Assembly (NCBI RefSeq): GCF_009914755.1
Contig: NC_060926.1
Source of the DNA: the human T2T-CHM13v2.0 reference genome, Homo sapiens
Length of the DNA: 64,000 nucleotides
Reading direction: 5' to 3' (one strand)
Part shown: positions 54,371 through 64,000 of the stretch, piece by piece
Numbering within the stretch: position 1 is the stretch's first letter
How the letters are laid out: each line of letters opens with the position of its first letter
The notes under the pieces: generated by a model
Told to the model about the DNA's origin: nothing
Databases searched by the model: none
What the model saw: only the letters and a program-made list of their open reading frames with translations
Program-made: the position numbers and the translations under genes

Positions 54371-54852
54371 TCACTTGAGCCTAGGAAACGGAAGTTGCAG
54401 TTAGCCAAGATCATGCCACTGCACTCCAGCCTGGGCGACAGAGGGAGACTCCGTCTCAAAAAAAAAAAGAAAAGAAAAAGAAAAAGAAATAGATCTAGCA
54501 AATCAGAAGACGGATCTTTAGAAATTAACCAGATTTCAGTTCGTAGGGAGAAAGAGATGGAAAATATAAAAAGAAGAATAGATTATAAGAGAAGACCTTC
54601 ATGTCCTTGGAATAGGGAAATATTTTTTTAGAGAAGACACAAAAAGCATTAACTCTAAAGGAAAAGAGTGAGAAATTATACTACATAAAGTTAGGAGCAC
54701 CTATTCATCACAAGATACCGTTGAGAGAGTGAAAAAGACAAGTTCACAGACTGGGAGAAGATACTATTTGCCATATAACTCACATATTTAAAAGGGCTTC
54801 TATCAAGAATGTATTAAAAATCCCCACAGAGCAATAAGACAGAGACTGATAA

Positions 54853-55128
<276 letters not shown>

Positions 55129-55274
55129 TAGAAAAATGCAAATTGAAATCTTGAGATACTACAACACACCCACCAGAATGGTTAATATCTGTATCTGTTA
55201 AATCCAGGGTATAAACACACCTAAGGCCGGGCGCTTTGGCTCACGCCTGTAATCCCAGCATTTTGGGAGGCCTA

Positions 55275-56415
<1,141 letters not shown>

Positions 56416-58385
56416 AACAGCCCAGATAAGATTCTTTTGGCGTCTGACCTGTTTCTGGACTACATACAGTATTACTTCCCTTTTCTTATTTTTATTTTTA
56501 TTTTGAGAGGGGGGTCTCGCTCTGTCACCCAGGCTGGAGTGTAGTGGCACAATCAGCTCACTGCAGCCTCAAACTCCTAAACTCAAGGGATCCTCCCACC
56601 TCAGCCTCCCAAGTAGCTGGTACTACAGGTGCGTGCCACCATGCCCAGTTATTTCCCTTTTAAGTAGGGAATCTGAGGGCTGCAATAGTTTGCAGATCCT
56701 CACAGCCTTGCTTGGTTGATTGTCCTTGGCATCTTGGCATGGTTACAGAAACAAATCAGAGCCAAAGAAAGCTGAGAGTCTTGGGTGTGACTGTTTGCCA
56801 TGGGACAGCTAGGGTCAGGCCAATCTTTATGAACATGGTACTTGCTGGACTTTTTTTTCTCTCCTGTGAATGTGCATGGGAACAGTAGTGTCTTTCCTAT
56901 AGTCTTCATGACCCTCCCCAGTTGCTGGAGCAACTGAACTTGAAAATTTCCAGCTCCAGAGGCACTTTTTTTTTTTTTTTTTTTTGAGACGAGGTGTTGC
57001 TCTGTTGCCCCCAAGGCACAATCACAGCTCACTGCAGACTTAACCTCCCAGGCTCAAGTGATCCTCCCACGTTAGTCTCCTGAGTAGCTGGAACTACAGG
57101 GGCACCACCATGCCCAGTTGATTTTTTATTTTTTAATTTTTTTGTAGAGACGGAATCTCACTATATTGCTTAGGCTGGTCTCGAACTCCTAGGCTCAAGG
57201 GATCCTCCCTCCTCGGTCTCCCAACGTGTTGGGACTACAGGCGTGAGCCAATGCACCTGGCTCAGAGGCACCTTGTTGTTACTATGGCACCATTGTGTCT
57301 GTGTGCGTTTAATGACATCATTGCAAGGGCTGATTCTTTAACCAGATTGTAAACATGTGTGCAAAAGTTGCCCCGCAAATTAACAGGAAAGTTGTGCAAT
57401 TTGCAAGCAGAGCAGCATGACCTAAGGCCTTGATGGGCCATGATCTTTCAGTGTCCTTCCCCTGGCAGGTGGGTAGCAAACATTATGAATTATCATAAAC
57501 CCAGTCCATCCTCCCCACCCAAAAAAAACGCCTCGTGATATATAATTTTCCTAACCGGGTTAAGTACATGATTCCTACCATTTAAATCTATGTCTAAATA
57601 AAGCAGAAGAACACAAACTGCTTATTTTAAAATCTATTTTTATTTATTCTTAGAGCCAGAATATTTTCTTAAGATTTTCGTAGTGTATAAATTCTAGATT
57701 TTGCCAGGCTTTTGGTTCTGCCCAGAGGCACTAGATTGGGCAGAAATGGATAGAAATTTCCTCTGTCTCCACTCAGATGCATGTTTTTGTCACCCCAGTT
57801 GTATTCAGTGAGCTTGTTTTCTGATTTATTTTTTTAAGTGGGACCCATTCATTTCCATTAAGGCCCTCATGAATACTATCCAGGCTGGGGCTTGGCTGTG
57901 CCTATCTTGGGGCAGAGTAGTCTCTATTATCCAGAAGATCTCCTGGCTTGATGTCTTATCTTTGCATTGTCAAATGTATTCAGCAGGCATTCATGTTATA
58001 CCTGCGACAGCGGTACATCATGTCACTTCCAGATCTGGACCAGATAACTCCTGGGATCCTGGTTGTGTAGCCTGGCTATCATATCTCCCTCAGGAAAAAC
58101 TAGTGTTATCAGCTCCCTTTCTTGCTTCTTTTAAGGACCTACATGGATTTTTCTGAAGTGCCACTGCACAATGCTTCCTCTTTCCAATACCTGTTAGATC
58201 TGAAAGGGGAATTGAGTCTCCCGTGGGTGCTGGGGTATGGCTGAGGGGTAGGTGTGGTCTGCAGGGCACCACGTGCAGCTTGTCTGTAGGCTCCATTAAA
58301 GACCAGTCAGGGCTGAGCACAGTGGCTCACGCCTGTAATCCCAGCACTTTGGGAGGCCGAGGCGGGCAGATCGGCGGGCAGATCA

Positions 58386-58625
<240 letters not shown>

Positions 58626-59589
58626 TCAGATGTGCAGGGATGGGAAGATGCTGGCCTGCATGTACTCTTCATCCCCTACCTTTCCTGACATCCTCACAGG
58701 AGCCATGGAACAGCCAGAGTGAACATTCTAGCGGTGCCTCAGGCCACGCCTTCTCTCAAGATCCATATGCCACTTTCTTTTTTATGCCCCTGAGCATGAA
58801 CGCAAGGATCACAGTGGAGAAAACTTTTCCTCTCCTGGAAGTCTGGGACAAAGGCTGCAAGCCTCAGGTTCCCTGAGGGAACTCACCTGGCAGGCCTCCG
58901 TGGAGTCCCCTGAGAGGGAACTCCAAGGGGCTGCCCCACCACTCGCTGTATCTTGGGAGGGTCCCCCATGCTGCCACACAGACAAGAGGAGGGACTGCTC
59001 TGACTGATTCATGAGCTCCCCAGTGCATCCACTCAGGGAGACCCCTTCCCCAGACAGTGGAGGGTCATGACGGGGCAGCTTTTTAGCTGCGTCCCACCAG
59101 GATGAAACATTCATCTTCCAATTCCTGGTGTTTCACCCTGGTCCAAGAGACCCTGGCTGCCTGTTCTGAATGGGAATATCCCATCGTTAGTAAGTTAGAG
59201 AAAACTACAATCCATTTAAATGACTCAATAATCTGCAGAAGGAAAACTAAACCGAACAACTCAAACAAGTGGTTTTTAATGAGACCGAACCAAAAGAAGT
59301 AACGGAAATGTTTTTTAGCATCAACACAAAACTGTACAAGAAATTAACACACTATAAGATTTTCCTCCCCTTCTAGCAATAATATCTCAATGTCCTCTCC
59401 CAGCTAAGTCCGTGTGGTTTGAGAGGGACGAACTGCACCCCAGATCTCGATTTAGACACGACCCCATTTATGCCAAGGAGAGTCAAACCCAGGATTTTGT
59501 GGGCGTGGAAGTAAGTGTCCATCCGACTCCTCATTGCTGCTTTTCAATGATTTCTTCTCCCTTCTATTTCAAAAACACCAGGGGCTTTA

Positions 59590-61600
<2,011 letters not shown>

Positions 61601-61866
61601 TAAACCTAAAAATAGTGTGAAGAAAATCAGCAAGGCAAAAATCACTATCAGCATAATCAAAAGGCAAGTGTCAGACTGGACAACAGTATTTGAGCTCAGG
61701 TCATAAACATAGGGATAATCTCCCTAATATTTAAAGAGCTCCTAGAAATCATTAAGAAAAAGACCAAAACCCCATAGAAAAATGGAGAAAGAATATAAAC
61801 AGACAGATCTCAGGAAGGGAATACAAATGGCCAGTTAGCAACACAAAGAGAGAGGCCAGCTCATTA

Positions 61867-62259
<393 letters not shown>

Positions 62260-62420
62260 TCAAAGTTTGACAACATGCTCTATGGGAAACAGTTCTTTCT
62301 CATATTTTGCTGTGACAGTAATGTGAAAAGAGATTTTAAATGGATAAGACGAAAAGTACAAAGCAGTGTGTATTTTATGCTACCAGATCATACATCATTT
62401 CTGTTTTATTTGCATAAGAT

Positions 62421-62444
62421 ACACACACACACACACACACACAC
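62421..62444 (+). repeat. (AC)n microsatellite
   Basis: About 12 AC units. Confidence 0.95.
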
Positions 62445-62543
62445 AAAACAATAAAAAGCAGTTACTTGTTCTAGTGGAAACTGGAGCAGATGGGGGATAA
62501 GGTGAAAGTGAGTCTTGTTTTTTTTTTTTTTTTTTTGAGATGA

Positions 62544-62708
<165 letters not shown>

Positions 62709-62755
62709 TAGGTTATTTGACTTGTAAACTATATGAAATGTATAATTTTTTTTAG

Positions 62756-62890
<135 letters not shown>

Positions 62891-64000
62891 TGAGTAGCTG
62901 GGACTACAGGCATGCACCACCATGCCCGGCTAATTTTTGTATTTTTAGTAGAGAGAGGGGTTCACCATGTTGGCCAGGCTGGTCTCAAACTCCTGACCTC
63001 AGGCGATCTGCCCACATCAGCCTTCCAAAGTGGTAGGATTACAGACATGAGCCACCACGCCTGGCCAGTTTTTAAATTTTTTATCTTTATGAGACAGTCT
63101 CACTCTGTTGCACAGGCTGGAGTACAGTGGTGTGATCGCGGCTCACTGCAACCTCTGGCTCCTGGGCTCAAGTGATCCTCTCACCTCAGCCTCCTGTAGC
63201 CTCCCTCCTGTACCTGGGACTACAGGCACATGCCACCACACGCGGCTAATTTTTGTATTTTTTAGTAGAAACAGTGTTTCATCATGTTGCCCAGGCTGGC
63301 CTTGAACTCCTGGGCTCAGCAATCCGCCCGCCTCAGCTCCCCAAAGTGCTGAGATTACAGGCATGAACAACCGCACCTGGCCAATTTTTTTTTTGTTTTG
63401 TTTAATGAGAAACAAACAAATATGAGTTCAAAGAGTTTCCTGGGGAAGTTTTTCTGTACAATAGTTCAAAGAACACAGAGAAATGCGTTTCATCTTCAAA
63501 GGAAGTTAGGGCATTATTATAAGCAGGGTGTGTAGATCCTGAATTGGACTTTAGTCCTGTACCATTCGGAGGTGATCATGATGGCCTGGATGGATGTTTA
63601 TGATGACAGGCAACAGCATCACCAAGCATGCATTGATCTATTTGAATACTTTCCACCAGATCCATGACTTGGCCATGTACTGATTCCGATTTTATCAGCA
63701 CGTCAGCTAACACCGTTATCTGCTTTAATCACAACTTTTACCAGAAGCATTGGCATCAGTTGGACGCTTCTAGCTGCTAGGCAGAACATACTCAAACCAA
63801 ATAGCTTACACAATAAGGACAGCCATCATTTCACATAAGATGATGTCTGGAGGCCAGGTGGTCCACGATTGGCTCAGAGCCTTGATGAAGTCATCACAGA
63901 TCCAGGTCCACCGATGAATTTGTCTTTCTGCCTTGCTATCCTCAGCAGGTTGATGATGCTTTCACTTTGGGTTTCAAAATAGCTGTAGCAATTCCAGACA

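Noticed and set aside
57900-58100. Kinase-like DIKPGDLL on the minus strand
   Set aside because: Flanked by stops with no other kinase motifs; chance match.

Overview
Human (primate) genomic DNA, Alu-dense, recognisable from protein sequence and gene order as chr2p23.3. It holds the CGREF1 promoter and first exon (-, ~4.4-4.8 kb, assigned mainly by synteny), ABHD1 (+, 9 coding exons, 405 aa), PREB/SEC12 (-, 9 coding exons, 417 aa), PRR30 (-, single-exon CDS, 412 aa) and TCF23 (+, 3 exons, 214-aa bHLH), then ~25 kb of repeat-rich sequence toward SLC5A6, which lies beyond the right edge. The spliced CDSs were rebuilt by hand from GT-AG sites and give whole-codon, stop-terminated lengths. Best finding: an intron-containing, decayed copy of the last two SLC5A6 (SMVT) exons at ~44.2-44.9 kb (-), which I do not recall being annotated; its terminal-exon acceptor is intact. 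Also notable: interlocked ABHD1/PREB poly(A) signals (TTTATTAAA), a competing acceptor before ABHD1 exon 8, two PREB uORFs, an Alu-fused Y4 RNA fragment, a 95-bp dispersed duplication in a nested ERV1-LTR cluster, and a possible hAT transposase fossil. Reference comparisons and repeat subfamily names are from memory, not searches.
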